Assembly: GCA_964480145.1 (NCBI GenBank)
Contig: CAYZOI010000004.1
Span: forward strand, 1-40,687
Reading direction: 5' to 3'
Length of the DNA: 40,687 bases
Origin: an uncultured Dehalococcoidaceae bacterium
GTDB lineage: Bacteria; Chloroflexota; Dehalococcoidia; Dehalococcoidales; RBG-16-60-22
How positions within the stretch are numbered: position 1 is the first letter of the stretch; each line of letters starts with the position of its first letter. Under the pieces are notes generated by a model, which was not told the origin of the DNA, did no database searches, and worked only from the letters and a program-made list of their open reading frames with translations. The position numbers were made by a program, and so were the translations under genes. Below are positions 18,703 to 28,789 of this stretch, piece by piece.

Positions 18703-19715
18703 TTAAAGAGGCTATCAACAATCTGGTTTCAGCCAATTCACTGAGCTTTGACCAGTCTGCGGCCGTGATGGAGGAGATAATGGACGGGGAGGCGACCCCG
18801 GCCCAGATTGCCGCCTTTGTTACCGCGCTGCGCATAAAGGGAGAAACGGTGGATGAAATCGCCGGTCTGGCCAGCGTCATGCGGGCGAAAGCCGTCCCGG
18901 TAAAGGCTACGCCGCCCGTGGTCGATACCTGCGGCACCGGTGGTGATAACTCCTCCAGCATAAATATTTCCACCGCGGCGGCGTTCGTGGCCGCCGGGGC
19001 CGGCCTGAAGGTCGCCAAGCACGGTAACCGCGCTATGACCAGTCAGTGCGGCAGTGCTGACGTTCTCGAAGCGCTGGGCGTTAAAATCGACCTCAATGCC
19101 GAAGCCGTCGCCACATGCCTGGAAAAAGTCGGCATCGGCTTTATGTTCGCCCCCATCTTCCACCCGGCGATGAAACACGCCGCCGGTCCGCGACGGGAGA
19201 TAGGCATCCGGACGGTGTTCAATATTCTCGGGCCCATTACAAATCCCGCCCGTGCCGAATCCCAGGTCATAGGCGTGCCCAGCAAAGAGCTGGGCGAGAA
19301 AATCGCCGCCGTACTGCACCGCCTGGGCACGAAGCATTCCCTCGTGGTCCACAGCCTCGACGGCATGGATGAGCTTTCCATCAGAGGAAAGTCCGTTGTC
19401 TGGGAAGTCAACGAGCAGGGTGTTCTGCCCCCGTCTGAAGTCGAACCCGCCGATTTCGGCTTTAAAAATACCGCCATATCGGAAATCAGGGGAGGAACGC
19501 CGGCAGAAAACGCCGACATAATGCGTCGCGTCCTCAACGGTGAAAAGGGAGCCGTCCGCGACGTGGTAGCGCTGAACGCCGCGGCCGCTATTTACGCCGG
19601 CGACCTGGCTTCCGATATGAAGGATGGTTTACGCCTCGCCGAAAGCGCCATTGACAGCGGCCAGGCCACGGAAAAGCTGGAAAGCCTGATTAAACTCAGC
19701 AACAGTCTGGGATAG
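18699..19715 (+). CDS. trpD: Anthranilate phosphoribosyltransferase
   Basis: DTCGTGGD, NIST, KHGNR, GSADVLE, RTVFNILGP, DGMDE. Confidence 0.97.
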   Translation: MIKEAINNLVSANSLSFDQSAAVMEEIMDGEATPAQIAAFVTALRIKGETVDEIAGLASVMRAKAVPVKATPPVVDTCGTGGDNSSSINISTAAAFVAAGAGLKVAKHGNRAMTSQCGSADVLEALGVKIDLNAEAVATCLEKVGIGFMFAPIFHPAMKHAAGPRREIGIRTVFNILGPITNPARAESQVIGVPSKELGEKIAAVLHRLGTKHSLVVHSLDGMDELSIRGKSVVWEVNEQGVLPPSEVEPADFGFKNTAISEIRGGTPAENADIMRRVLNGEKGAVRDVVALNAAAAIYAGDLASDMKDGLRLAESAIDSGQATEKLESLIKLSNSLG

Positions 19716-19723
19716 AAGCTATC

Positions 19724-20491
19724 ATGCTGGAAAAAATCGTCGCCGATAAAAAAGAGGGGCTTAAGCAGCGCAAGAAAGCGGTGTCCGTCTCCGAGATGGA
19801 AGCGCGGATTGCCCGGCGCGCGGCTACGCTGGACTTTGCCTCCGCCCTGAAAGGCGACGGAGTACGCCTGATTGCCGAGGTCAAAAAGGCGTCGCCTTCA
19901 AGAGGCGTCCTCTGCCCCGAGTTCGACCCCGCGGCACTGGCCAGGGTTTATGCGGATAATGGCGCGGCCGCCATCTCGGTGCTGACGGAAGAAAAATATT
20001 TCGGCGGTCATCTCAATCACCTGGCTGAAATCAGGAAGGAAGTTGAAATACCGCTATTACGCAAGGACTTTATCTTTGACCCCTATCAGGTTTATGAATC
20101 CCGCGCTTGTGGCGCCGATGCGCTGCTCCTCATCGCGGCCATACTTGAGCCGGAGCAGCTGAATGAATTGTTATCGTTGAGCCATGAACTCGGCCTGAGC
20201 TGCCTCGTTGAGGTGCACAACGAAAGCGAGCTTGAGATGGCATTGCACAGCGGCGCCCAAATCATTGGCATCAATAATCGCGACCTTAAAACTTTCCGCG
20301 TCGACATCAGCACCACGCAACGGCTGCGGCCACTGGTGCCGAAAGACAAAACCGTGGTCAGCGAGAGCGGCATAAGCCGCCGCCAGGATATGGAATATCT
20401 GAAAGAATTGGGCGTAGATGCCGCGCTGGTGGGCGAGGCACTGCTCACCGCCGGCGATATCGCCGCGAAGATGAGGGAACTGCTAAAATGA
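19724..20491 (+). CDS. trpC: Indole-3-glycerol phosphate synthase
   Basis: IAEVKKASPSRG, SVLTE, LRKDF, LVEVH, GINNRDL, SESGI. Confidence 0.97.
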   Translation: MLEKIVADKKEGLKQRKKAVSVSEMEARIARRAATLDFASALKGDGVRLIAEVKKASPSRGVLCPEFDPAALARVYADNGAAAISVLTEEKYFGGHLNHLAEIRKEVEIPLLRKDFIFDPYQVYESRACGADALLLIAAILEPEQLNELLSLSHELGLSCLVEVHNESELEMALHSGAQIIGINNRDLKTFRVDISTTQRLRPLVPKDKTVVSESGISRRQDMEYLKELGVDAALVGEALLTAGDIAAKMRELLK

Positions 20492-21147
20492 CTTACATCA
20501 AGATTTGCGGTATAAAAGAGGAAAGGCATGCGCTGGCGGCCGCCAAAGCCGGCGCGGATTTTATCGGGCTGGTCTTTGCCCCCAGCCCGCGGCGGATTAA
20601 TCTGGAAAAAGCGCAGCATATAGCCTCAGTGGTAAAGCAGAGCGGCTGCCCAACGGAAGTGGTCGGGGTGTTTGTCAATTTATCGGTTTCGACGGTGAAC
20701 ATGGTTGCCGATAACTGTAACCTGGACCGGGTGCAGTTGAACGGCGATGAATCATGGGAATACTGTAAAGAGATTGCCAAGCCGCTGATAAAAGCCGTCA
20801 GGCTAAAACGGGGCCAGAGTGCGGCCGAAGTCTGCGCCTACCTGGCCGAAGGTGTTAAGGTTATGTCAAATCAGAAATATTTGTCTCTTCTAGACCCGCA
20901 GGTCAGGGGAAAGTACGGTGGGACCGGAACCAGGCTCGACTGGAAGCTGGCCGAGCAGATAGCCAGGGAATACCCGGTTATCCTGGCCGGCGGTCTTACC
21001 CCAGAGAATGTCCCCCGCGCGCTCAAAATGGTAGTCCCCTGGGGTGTTGATGTATCATCGGGCGTGGAGGCGGGCGGAGTGAAACATGTTGCCCGAATCA
21101 GAGCTTTCATTGAGGCCGTAAGGAGGTTTGATGAACACGGAAGATAG
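20488..21147 (+). CDS. trpF: Phosphoribosylanthranilate isomerase
   Basis: [38 protein letters not shown]. Confidence 0.95.
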   Translation: MTYIKICGIKEERHALAAAKAGADFIGLVFAPSPRRINLEKAQHIASVVKQSGCPTEVVGVFVNLSVSTVNMVADNCNLDRVQLNGDESWEYCKEIAKPLIKAVRLKRGQSAAEVCAYLAEGVKVMSNQKYLSLLDPQVRGKYGGTGTRLDWKLAEQIAREYPVILAGGLTPENVPRALKMVVPWGVDVSSGVEAGGVKHVARIRAFIEAVRRFDEHGR

Positions 21148-22330
21148 GCCCGACGTCCGCGGTTACTTCGGCGAGTTCGGCGGCCGGTTTGTCCCGGAGA
21201 CCCTGATGGCAGCCTTAGACGAACTTGAGCACGCTTATCGGGAAGCATGTGCCGACGAAAGTTTTATCCATGAGTTTCAGCACTTATGCCGGGAGTATAT
21301 CGGCCGGCCCACCCCGCTTTATCACGCCCGCCAGCTTTCCCGGCAGATTGGCGGCGCCGTTATTCTGCTAAAAAGAGAAGACCTGGCACACACCGGGGCG
21401 CACAAGATTAATAACGCCGTGGGGCAGGCCCTGCTGGCCAAACGTATGGGCAAAAAGCGGGTGATTGCCGAAACCGGCGCGGGACAGCACGGCGTGGCCA
21501 CGGCTGCTGCCTGTGCCCTGCTTGGCCTCGATGCCATCGTCTATATGGGCAAGGTGGACATCGAGCGGCAGTCACCCAATGTCCACCGCATGAAATTGAT
21601 GGGCGCTGAGGTCCGCAGCGTGTCCTCCGGCAGCCGCACCCTCAAGGACGCCATCAACGAAGCCATACGCGACTGGGTCACCAACGTCGGCGACACCTAC
21701 TATCTGCTCGGTTCGGTGGTTGGCCCTCATCCTTACCCGCTGCTGGTCCGCGATTTTCAATCGATAATCGGGCAGGAAACGAGAGAGCAGGTGCTGGCGA
21801 CGTATAACCGCCTGCCCGACTATCTGGTAGCCTGCGTCGGCGGGGGCAGCAACAGCATCGGACTCTTTCACCCCTTTTTCAATGATAGCGAAGTCGAATT
21901 CATCGGCGTCGAGGCTGCCGGGCGGGGCCTGGAAACGAACCAACACGCGGCACCTCTAACCGCGGGCAGGGCGGGCGTCCTGCACGGAGCCAAATCATAC
22001 CTTCTGGAAGACGACAACGGCCAGATAAGCGAGACCCACAGCATCGCGCCCGGGCTCGACTATCCCGGTGTGGGACCGGAACACAGCTACTACAAGGATA
22101 TCGGCCGGGCCAGCTACGTCGCGGTTACCGATGAGCAGGCGGTTGAGGGGTTCAGGCTTCTCTGCGCCACGGAAGGTATCATCCCGGCCATGGAACCCGC
22201 CCACGCCATCTACCATGCCGCCAAAATGGCCGCCGATTTGCCCGCGGATAAAATCATCGTTATCAATCTTTCCGGCCGCGGTGATAAAGACCTGGATATA
22301 ATCGCCGGAGCTAAGGATAAAAAACCATGA
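21131..22330 (+). CDS. trpB: Tryptophan synthase beta chain
   Basis: [15 protein letters not shown] (PLP Lys), [30 protein letters not shown]; start is ATG 21131 or TTG 21128. Confidence 0.98.
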   Translation: MNTEDRPDVRGYFGEFGGRFVPETLMAALDELEHAYREACADESFIHEFQHLCREYIGRPTPLYHARQLSRQIGGAVILLKREDLAHTGAHKINNAVGQALLAKRMGKKRVIAETGAGQHGVATAAACALLGLDAIVYMGKVDIERQSPNVHRMKLMGAEVRSVSSGSRTLKDAINEAIRDWVTNVGDTYYLLGSVVGPHPYPLLVRDFQSIIGQETREQVLATYNRLPDYLVACVGGGSNSIGLFHPFFNDSEVEFIGVEAAGRGLETNQHAAPLTAGRAGVLHGAKSYLLEDDNGQISETHSIAPGLDYPGVGPEHSYYKDIGRASYVAVTDEQAVEGFRLLCATEGIIPAMEPAHAIYHAAKMAADLPADKIIVINLSGRGDKDLDIIAGAKDKKP

Positions 22331-23106
22331 GCCAGATTGTTTCCGTCTTCAAGCCAGACTACAAAGCGCTGATTGCCTACCTTACGGTCGGCTATCCGAA
22401 CCTCGACGTTACCAGAAAGGCGGCCATCGCCCTGGCCCGTAACGGCGCTGACATCATCGAACTTGGCATTCCGTTTTCCGACCCGCTGGCTGACGGCACC
22501 ACCATTCAGAGGGCCAGCCATCAAGCGCTCCAGAACGGCATCACACCGCAGATTTGTTTCGATATGGCAAAGCAGCTTCGCCGGGAAATAGACACGCCGC
22601 TGGTTTTCATGACGTACTACAATCCGGTGTACAATTTCGGCCTTGATGCTTTCTGCCGGAAATGTGCCGAAGTCGGCATTAGCGGTCTTATCGTGCCCGA
22701 CCTTCCTCCAGAAGAAGGCCAGGAACTGGAATCTGTTACGCAGAACCATAAACTGGACCTGATTTACCTTCTGGCTCCCACCAGCAACGAGGAACGTATC
22801 AGGCTCGTTGCGGAGCACTCCCAGGGGTTCATATACCTGGTATCGGTGACCGGCGTTACCGGGGCCAGAAATACCCTGCCTGATAATTTGCAGACTATTG
22901 TAACCGGGGTTAAAGAGAAGACCGCCAAACCACTGTGTGTTGGCTTTGGCATATCCACCACAGACCAGGCAAGACAATTTTCCAGGATAGCTGACGGGGT
23001 GATTATCGGCAGCCGGATTATTCAGCTGATTGAGACTGATGGCTCCCTGTCGGCACTGATTGATTTCACCCGGCAGTTGAGACAGGCCCTCGACCATGCC
23101 AGATAG
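22327..23106 (+). CDS. trpA: Tryptophan synthase alpha chain
   Basis: [37 protein letters not shown]. Confidence 0.98.
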   Translation: MSQIVSVFKPDYKALIAYLTVGYPNLDVTRKAAIALARNGADIIELGIPFSDPLADGTTIQRASHQALQNGITPQICFDMAKQLRREIDTPLVFMTYYNPVYNFGLDAFCRKCAEVGISGLIVPDLPPEEGQELESVTQNHKLDLIYLLAPTSNEERIRLVAEHSQGFIYLVSVTGVTGARNTLPDNLQTIVTGVKEKTAKPLCVGFGISTTDQARQFSRIADGVIIGSRIIQLIETDGSLSALIDFTRQLRQALDHAR

Positions 23107-23206
23107 TCGCCGCTGCCACCACTGGTCCTCTGCCCGTGCAAAATCTTTTTATCGATACCTGAGCTGGCGTTTGCCTGTCGGGACAGTCAGCTTTTTCCTC
23201 CTGAAA

Positions 23207-23248
23207 TTAACAACTACTTAACATTTCTCTGTCATACTTGTTATGATA
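23207..23248 (+). promoter_or_regulatory. Promoter of the MacAB-like operon with 11-bp-period direct repeats
   Basis: TTAACA 23207, TTAACA 23218, CTGTCA 23229; extended -10 TGtTATGAT 23239-23247. Confidence 0.5.
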
Positions 23249-23282
23249 GTTATTGACTGAAGCTCGTTGACAATAGAGGTAT

Positions 23283-24797
23283 ATGGAGGCAGGTAAAATT
23301 GTGAAGAGAATCTTAAAGATAATCCTGACAGCACTTATCCTCGCTGGAATTACAGTTCCACTTATCGGCTGCGGCTCTGAGCCAGGCGAGGCGGGAACAG
23401 CCGAAACCCAGATAGTCACCGTAGAGCGCGGCGATCTTACGATAGATATTACTGCGGCTGGCAACCTGGCATTATCCCGTACGGAAGACCTCGCTATTGA
23501 CCTGTTCTACCAGGAAGGGACGATAGAAGAAGTTATGGTGGAAGAGGGAGACGCCGTTGCCGAAGGACAGGCCCTGGTCAGACTGGACACCGAGGAATGG
23601 GAAGACGAATTGGGCGCTTTGGAGGACCAGGTTACCGCAAAAGAGCGTGACTTACTTCAGGCAGAAATCAACCTGCAAACCGCCGAACAGAACCTGAAGA
23701 ACGCGCAGGATAACCAGACAGCCAAGGAACTGGCGCTGCTTAATGCTCAAATAAGTTTGAAAAACACCGAGCATAACTATGATGAAGCCCGCGGAATATA
23801 CACCTGGCCTGATGTTGAAACGGCGCAGAAAGACGTTGAAAGCGCCGAGGCATTCCTGCAGTACGCGTTGGAGCAAGACCTGCCGGAGGCCACCGTGACT
23901 TATGCTCAGGCCAGATTAGACGCAGCCGAGGCGGTATTGGATTCAAAAGTAAATGCCTATGACACCGAAGAGGTGCAAATTGCGAAAATGCAGGTTGAAG
24001 CGGCCGAGCTATCTCTGGCTCAGGCCGAAGAAGACCTCAATGAGGTAGCCAAAGACGTGACGGTAAAGGAGCTTCAGCTGACATTGAGCCAGGGGAAACT
24101 GGAGGATGCCAGGAAAGCGTTAATTGATGCACAGGAAGAGCTGGACAAAGCCAGAGAGAAAAGCCCGCTTATTGAGGCACCGTTTGACGGCTTCATCACC
24201 ACCGTAAATGTGGAAGGCGGCGACGAGGTACTGACCGGTACGGTTGCCGTGCAGCTTGCCGACCCCAACAAATTTGAAGCGGATATCATGGTCAGCGAGA
24301 TGGATATCCTTCAAGTAAACCTTGGGGGGGAAGCCTGGGTGCAGGTGGATGCCATGTCAGGACTGACCCTTCCGGCTGAAGTCATTCACATTTCACCCAC
24401 CGCCACCATTCAGTCGGGCGTGGTGAATTATGAGGTAAAAGTCGAAGTAAAGTCACTCGAGGCGGTAATGCATAAGCGACAAGCCGCCATATCTGAGGAC
24501 TTTCAGCTCAGAGAAGGGCTGACCGTCACCGTGACCATCCTGGTGGACGAGCGAACAGATGTATTGCTGGTTCCCAGCAATGCGATTATTCGCCGGGGGA
24601 CGGGGGCATATGTCCAGGTCGTCAATGGTGACGCGACTGAAGAACGGGCGATAGAAACGGGCGTCAGCGACTGGCAGTTCACCGAGATAATTGCTGGGCT
24701 AAGTGAAGGTGAGCAGGTGGTTGTGCCAAAGAATACCAGCGCTACAACTTCAACGCTACAGCCAAAGGGGCCAATGCCTTTTCCGCGGCCGCACTAG
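23283..24797 (+). CDS. Efflux adaptor / membrane fusion protein (MacA/YknX-like), probable lipoprotein
   Basis: Signal ending LIGC; lipoyl halves EVMVEEGDAV and APFDGFIT; long coiled coil; EGLTV, LLVPS, GLSEGEQV. Alternative start GTG 23301. Confidence 0.9.
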   Translation: MEAGKIVKRILKIILTALILAGITVPLIGCGSEPGEAGTAETQIVTVERGDLTIDITAAGNLALSRTEDLAIDLFYQEGTIEEVMVEEGDAVAEGQALVRLDTEEWEDELGALEDQVTAKERDLLQAEINLQTAEQNLKNAQDNQTAKELALLNAQISLKNTEHNYDEARGIYTWPDVETAQKDVESAEAFLQYALEQDLPEATVTYAQARLDAAEAVLDSKVNAYDTEEVQIAKMQVEAAELSLAQAEEDLNEVAKDVTVKELQLTLSQGKLEDARKALIDAQEELDKAREKSPLIEAPFDGFITTVNVEGGDEVLTGTVAVQLADPNKFEADIMVSEMDILQVNLGGEAWVQVDAMSGLTLPAEVIHISPTATIQSGVVNYEVKVEVKSLEAVMHKRQAAISEDFQLREGLTVTVTILVDERTDVLLVPSNAIIRRGTGAYVQVVNGDATEERAIETGVSDWQFTEIIAGLSEGEQVVVPKNTSATTSTLQPKGPMPFPRPH

Positions 24798-24813
24798 AAG
24801 GAGAGTAACCCGG

Positions 24814-25482
24814 ATGATTCACCTGCAGGACATAACGAAAGTCTATCCCATGGGCAAAAGAGAGCTGACGGTGCTCAGAGGGGTTAACCTTCGTATTGAG
24901 AAGGGCGAGCTGCTGGCAATTATGGGGCCTTCCGGCTCAGGCAAGTCGACCATACTCAATCTCATCGGCTGCCTGGATAAACCAACTTCAGGCAGCTATT
25001 ATCTGGAGGATAGAGAAGTAAGCCGCCTCAGCAGCGGTGAGCTGGCTGCGGTCAGGGGCCAGAAGATAGGCTTTGTTTTTCAGACTTTCAATCTGCTGCC
25101 CCGGCTCTCGGCACTGGCCAATGTAGAGCTGGGTATGAGATACGCCGGCGGTGTCGACCGTAATCGAGCTATGGAGGCATTGACCAAAGTCGGGCTCTCC
25201 GACCGGGCCAACCACCGCCCCACCGAACTCTCCGGCGGAGAGATGCAAAGGGTCGCCATCGCCCGGGCAATAGTAAAAAACCCTCCCCTGATTCTGGCGG
25301 ATGAGCCCACCGGCAACCTGGACAGCCGTTCCGGCGCCGAGATAATCTCCATCCTCACCTCTTTACACGCCGAGCAGGGCGTTACCCTGGTGGTGATAAC
25401 CCATGACGCCAACATCGCTCACCACTGCCAGCGCATTGTGCATCTCATGGACGGACAGGTAGAAAGGGAGGAGAAGGTATGA
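24814..25482 (+). CDS. ABC transporter ATP-binding protein (MacB/LolD-like)
   Basis: GPSGSGKST, IGFVFQTFNLL, LSGGEMQR, ADEPTGNLD; start ATG 24814 after SD AAGGAG. Confidence 0.95.
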   Translation: MIHLQDITKVYPMGKRELTVLRGVNLRIEKGELLAIMGPSGSGKSTILNLIGCLDKPTSGSYYLEDREVSRLSSGELAAVRGQKIGFVFQTFNLLPRLSALANVELGMRYAGGVDRNRAMEALTKVGLSDRANHRPTELSGGEMQRVAIARAIVKNPPLILADEPTGNLDSRSGAEIISILTSLHAEQGVTLVVITHDANIAHHCQRIVHLMDGQVEREEKV

Positions 25483-26702
25483 AAAAGTGGCTCGAGCCTT
25501 TAGCCACTGCCTGGGTAGGCGTGATTACACACAAGCTTCGTAGCTCCCTGACCATACTGGGAATCGTCATTGGCGTCGCCGCCGTGATTACGCTCATGTC
25601 CATAGGAAAAGGTGCCGAAGCCCGGATTATCTCCAACATCGAAAGCATGGGGTCAGACCTGGTTACTATCCAGCCAGGCGCACGCACCTTTGGCGGCGTC
25701 AAGAGCGCCGCTGATACGCTCACTATTGAAGATGCGGAGGCAATAGCCGAACAAGTCCCCTACATATCTTCTGTAGCTCCTTCTTACTCAAGCAACCTCC
25801 AGTTGGTCGTCGGTGGTGAGAATATGAAATCCCAGGTTACCGGGGTAACCCCCGAGTATATGCCGGTAAACAATCTGGAAATTGCCAATGGTATTTTTTT
25901 CTCCGCAAATGATTATCGGCGTGGTTCCAAGGTAGCCGTGCTCGGTTCTGATGTTAAAGATACGCTGTTCGGAGATACAAATCCCATCGGCCAGCAGATG
26001 CGGATGGGCAGCATTATCGTGCGCGTCATCGGCATTCTGGAGAGCAAAGGGGCAATGTGGGGTTCACCTGATAACGCCATCTTTATCCCGCTGACCGCTA
26101 TGCAGCAGACGGTTGCCCAGCCGCGGACGGCTCAGGGAGAGCGCCTGGTATCATCCATCGCATTATCGGTAAGCGACGAGGAACAGGCAGATTACGTCGT
26201 TGTCGAAATCACCAGCCTCCTCCGTACCCGCCACCAGCTCAGCCCCAATGACGACGATGATTTTAACATTATGTCCATGGAGGAGATAGCCAGCACGCTC
26301 TCCGAAGCCATCGGCACCATGACCCTTCTTCTGGGAGCTATCGCCGCCATCTCGTTACTGGTGGGGGGTATCGGCGTGATGAACATCATGCTGGTGTCAG
26401 TACTGGAGAGGACGCGGGAGATAGGCATCCGCAAGGCACTGGGAGCTAGGGAGCGAGACATATGGACTCAGTTTCTCATCGAGGCGGCTTTTCTGACTTT
26501 TACCGGCGGCATCATCGGCGTTATCGTGGGCTGGGCGGTCTCATATATCATCTCCAGCACCGGTGCGATAACGACTGTGGTTACTGCTGATATAGTTATC
26601 CTGGCGGTTTCGGTATCGGTAGGCATTGGTCTGTTCTTCGGCTTTTATCCCGCATGGAATGCCTCACGCCTTAACCCAATTGAAGCTCTCAGGTCCGAAT
26701 AG
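25479..26702 (+). CDS. ABC transporter permease (MacB/FtsX-like)
   Basis: KLRSSLTILGIVIGVAAV, GGIGVMNIMLVSV.ERTREIGIRKALGA, YPA.NAS.LNPIEALR. Confidence 0.95.
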   Translation: MKKWLEPLATAWVGVITHKLRSSLTILGIVIGVAAVITLMSIGKGAEARIISNIESMGSDLVTIQPGARTFGGVKSAADTLTIEDAEAIAEQVPYISSVAPSYSSNLQLVVGGENMKSQVTGVTPEYMPVNNLEIANGIFFSANDYRRGSKVAVLGSDVKDTLFGDTNPIGQQMRMGSIIVRVIGILESKGAMWGSPDNAIFIPLTAMQQTVAQPRTAQGERLVSSIALSVSDEEQADYVVVEITSLLRTRHQLSPNDDDDFNIMSMEEIASTLSEAIGTMTLLLGAIAAISLLVGGIGVMNIMLVSVLERTREIGIRKALGARERDIWTQFLIEAAFLTFTGGIIGVIVGWAVSYIISSTGAITTVVTADIVILAVSVSVGIGLFFGFYPAWNASRLNPIEALRSE

Positions 26703-26773
26703 GGTTCTTCGTCAGGTAGTCATCTCTGGGAAACGGTGCCGGTTTTCATACCGCGCCGACGGCCACGTTTTAT

Positions 26774-27343
26774 TCACTGGCCTGAGTCGTCGCTTTTCAA
26801 CGGTAGCGGTATTCCGGCCACCATCATAATCACTTCATCGGCACGCTGCGCCAGCATTTGATTGGCCTTGCCCAGCAAATCACGGTACAGGCGGCTCATT
26901 CCATCGGCGGGCACTATCCCTGAACCAACGTCATTGCTCACCATTATGAAGCTGGCCTCGACTTTATGGAAACATTCTATCAGCGCGCTGATTTCATCCG
27001 CGACGGCTTGCTCAACAATATCAGTCTCTTTCTGCCTGTTATCCAGAGGGTAATGCTGACTTAAAATATTATTCACCAGGAGAGTGATGCAATCGATAAT
27101 CACCACCTGAGCATCGCCTATTTCCTGTCGGACACCATCTCCAACATGGGTCGGCACTTCCAGTGTCCGCCACGCGGCTGGCCTTGTTCTCTTGTGTTCC
27201 TCAATGCGCTGCCGCATCTCTTCATCCAGAGCCTCTGCCGTGGCCACAAAAAGCACCGGCCCCGAAGCTTTCCGGGCCAGTTCCATCGCGTAGTGACTTT
27301 TACCGCTGCGCGCCCCACCAACTATCAGGGTAGCTTTCCCCAT
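26774..27343 (-). CDS. cobU: Adenosylcobinamide kinase / cobinamide-phosphate guanylyltransferase
   Basis: GGARSGKS, ATA, DEEMRQRIEEH, IDC, SNDVG.GIVP, VAGIP. Confidence 0.96.
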   Translation of the reverse strand: MGKATLIVGGARSGKSHYAMELARKASGPVLFVATAEALDEEMRQRIEEHKRTRPAAWRTLEVPTHVGDGVRQEIGDAQVVIIDCITLLVNNILSQHYPLDNRQKETDIVEQAVADEISALIECFHKVEASFIMVSNDVGSGIVPADGMSRLYRDLLGKANQMLAQRADEVIMMVAGIPLPLKSDDSGQ

Positions 27344-27345
27344 GA

Positions 27346-28023
27346 TTACTTCGCTCTCAACTCCGCACTCAATATTTCCAGAAACCAGTGCTTGTCCCGG
27401 AATACCTTTTTGGCTTCCGTTATTTCCATTCTCTCCCGGAACAGGGGGCCATCAATCACCAGGGTATGGTATTCCCCGGCTTCACCGCAGGGCGTAATGC
27501 CTTTGGTCTTACCCAGTTCTTTTATCTCGTTGAAAAAGTCCATGTCCAGGCTTCGCCCCAGCCACTCCTCGCCAAGAAAATCAGCCCTCGTGGCAACGAT
27601 AACCGCCTTGAACCCAGAATTTATAAAATCTTTCAATATATCGTCCTGGCTTTCACCCCAGACTGGCTGATGTGCCGTTATACCGACCTCCCGACACACC
27701 CTTTCCACCCACTCCCGATGCTCATCAAGGTCAATATCCCCGAAGACGCCACCCTCAATACCCTCTTTCTTTAGTTCATTGACCATTTTCTTGAATTCGA
27801 CTTCATAGCTCTGCCAGGTAGCCTGCCGCTGCACCAGTGGAATGCCCATCGCCTGTGACTGCAATCTGAGTATCTCGGCCGACAGCCCGTGAGTGCGCGA
27901 GCGTGCCCCGTCTTCAGTGACCATATTGGCCAGATAGCATATTTCCAGCCCGTCTTTTCTCGCCCGGTAACCGGCAAGGCTGCTTTCCTTGCCTCCACTC
28001 CACGATACAAAAACCTGACTCAT
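27346..28023 (-). CDS. Diphthine-ammonia ligase-like (DUF71/COG2102, PP-loop) ATP-dependent enzyme
   Basis: SWSGGKES PP-loop, HG, QSQAMGIP, FGDI, PCGEAGEYHTLV.DGPLF. Confidence 0.9.
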   Translation of the reverse strand: MSQVFVSWSGGKESSLAGYRARKDGLEICYLANMVTEDGARSRTHGLSAEILRLQSQAMGIPLVQRQATWQSYEVEFKKMVNELKKEGIEGGVFGDIDLDEHREWVERVCREVGITAHQPVWGESQDDILKDFINSGFKAVIVATRADFLGEEWLGRSLDMDFFNEIKELGKTKGITPCGEAGEYHTLVIDGPLFRERMEITEAKKVFRDKHWFLEILSAELRAK

Positions 28024-28035
28024 TATTCTCCTCTC

Positions 28036-28785
28036 TCAGGTCAGCCCGAACTTGGCCAATATGATGATGAAAATTAACACGCTTACTTCAGCCACCTCGT
28101 TTATAGCACCGTAGTTATCACCGGTGAGTCCCTTGAATTTTCTCTTGAAATAAGCGGCTGTCACCAGCGTGACCACCCAGCCGAAAAACAGGACGACCAG
28201 GCCGACTAACTGCGCGATTACTGCCGCTATGACTACCGCGATAACCGTTGCCAGGGTGAACCTTGGCCATGTGGTTCCCTGTTTGAAAGCCTTCCCCAGG
28301 CCAGCGTCGCGGGCATAGGGATAGGCGAACAATGCATAGGCCATCGCCCAGCGGCCTGTGACCGGCATCAATATGAGCGTCATTATCAGCAAAATTTCCG
28401 GAATGCTGGATAGCGAAACGTATTTTACCAGGAGAAGCAGGACAATCCCGACGATACCGAAGGCTCCGGCCCGGCTATCGCGCATCACCTGCCACCTGTC
28501 TTCCGCCGTTTTGTGACCGCCCAATCCATCACAGGTATCGGCGAAGCCATCGAGGTGTATGGCCCCGCTGATAACCGCCAGAAAAGCAATCAGCAGTGCG
28601 TTCACCACCATCGGTGGTAATAGAATCCCGAGCAGCCAGTTCAAACCGACCAGAATGAGCCCGATGATAAGCCCGACCACCGGGAAGTAACCGGCAGAGC
28701 GTCCGACCTCATCCGCCTGTATCTCACGTCGCCACGGTATGGCGATTATGGTCAGAAACTGCAACGCAGCGAAAAACCTGGTCAT
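28036..28785 (-). CDS. cobS: Adenosylcobinamide-GDP ribazoletransferase (cobamide synthase)
   Basis: ALQFLT, GAIHLDGFADTCDG, MRDS, GLTGDNYGA; likely start ATG 28785. Confidence 0.96.
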   Translation of the reverse strand: MTRFFAALQFLTIIAIPWRREIQADEVGRSAGYFPVVGLIIGLILVGLNWLLGILLPPMVVNALLIAFLAVISGAIHLDGFADTCDGLGGHKTAEDRWQVMRDSRAGAFGIVGIVLLLLVKYVSLSSIPEILLIMTLILMPVTGRWAMAYALFAYPYARDAGLGKAFKQGTTWPRFTLATVIAVVIAAVIAQLVGLVVLFFGWVVTLVTAAYFKRKFKGLTGDNYGAINEVAEVSVLIFIIILAKFGLT

Positions 28786-28789
28786 TGGC

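Noticed and set aside
23162-23197. Possible trp operon terminator (AGCTGGC...GTCAGCT followed by Ts)
   Set aside because: Large irregular loop and short T tract; too weak to call.
24703-24813. Upstream extension of the ABC ATPase ORF
   Set aside because: It overlaps the adaptor gene; the SD-supported start is ATG 24814.
27346-28023. Diphthamide biosynthesis
   Set aside because: Bacterial context with no other dph genes; the gene is embedded in the cobamide operon.
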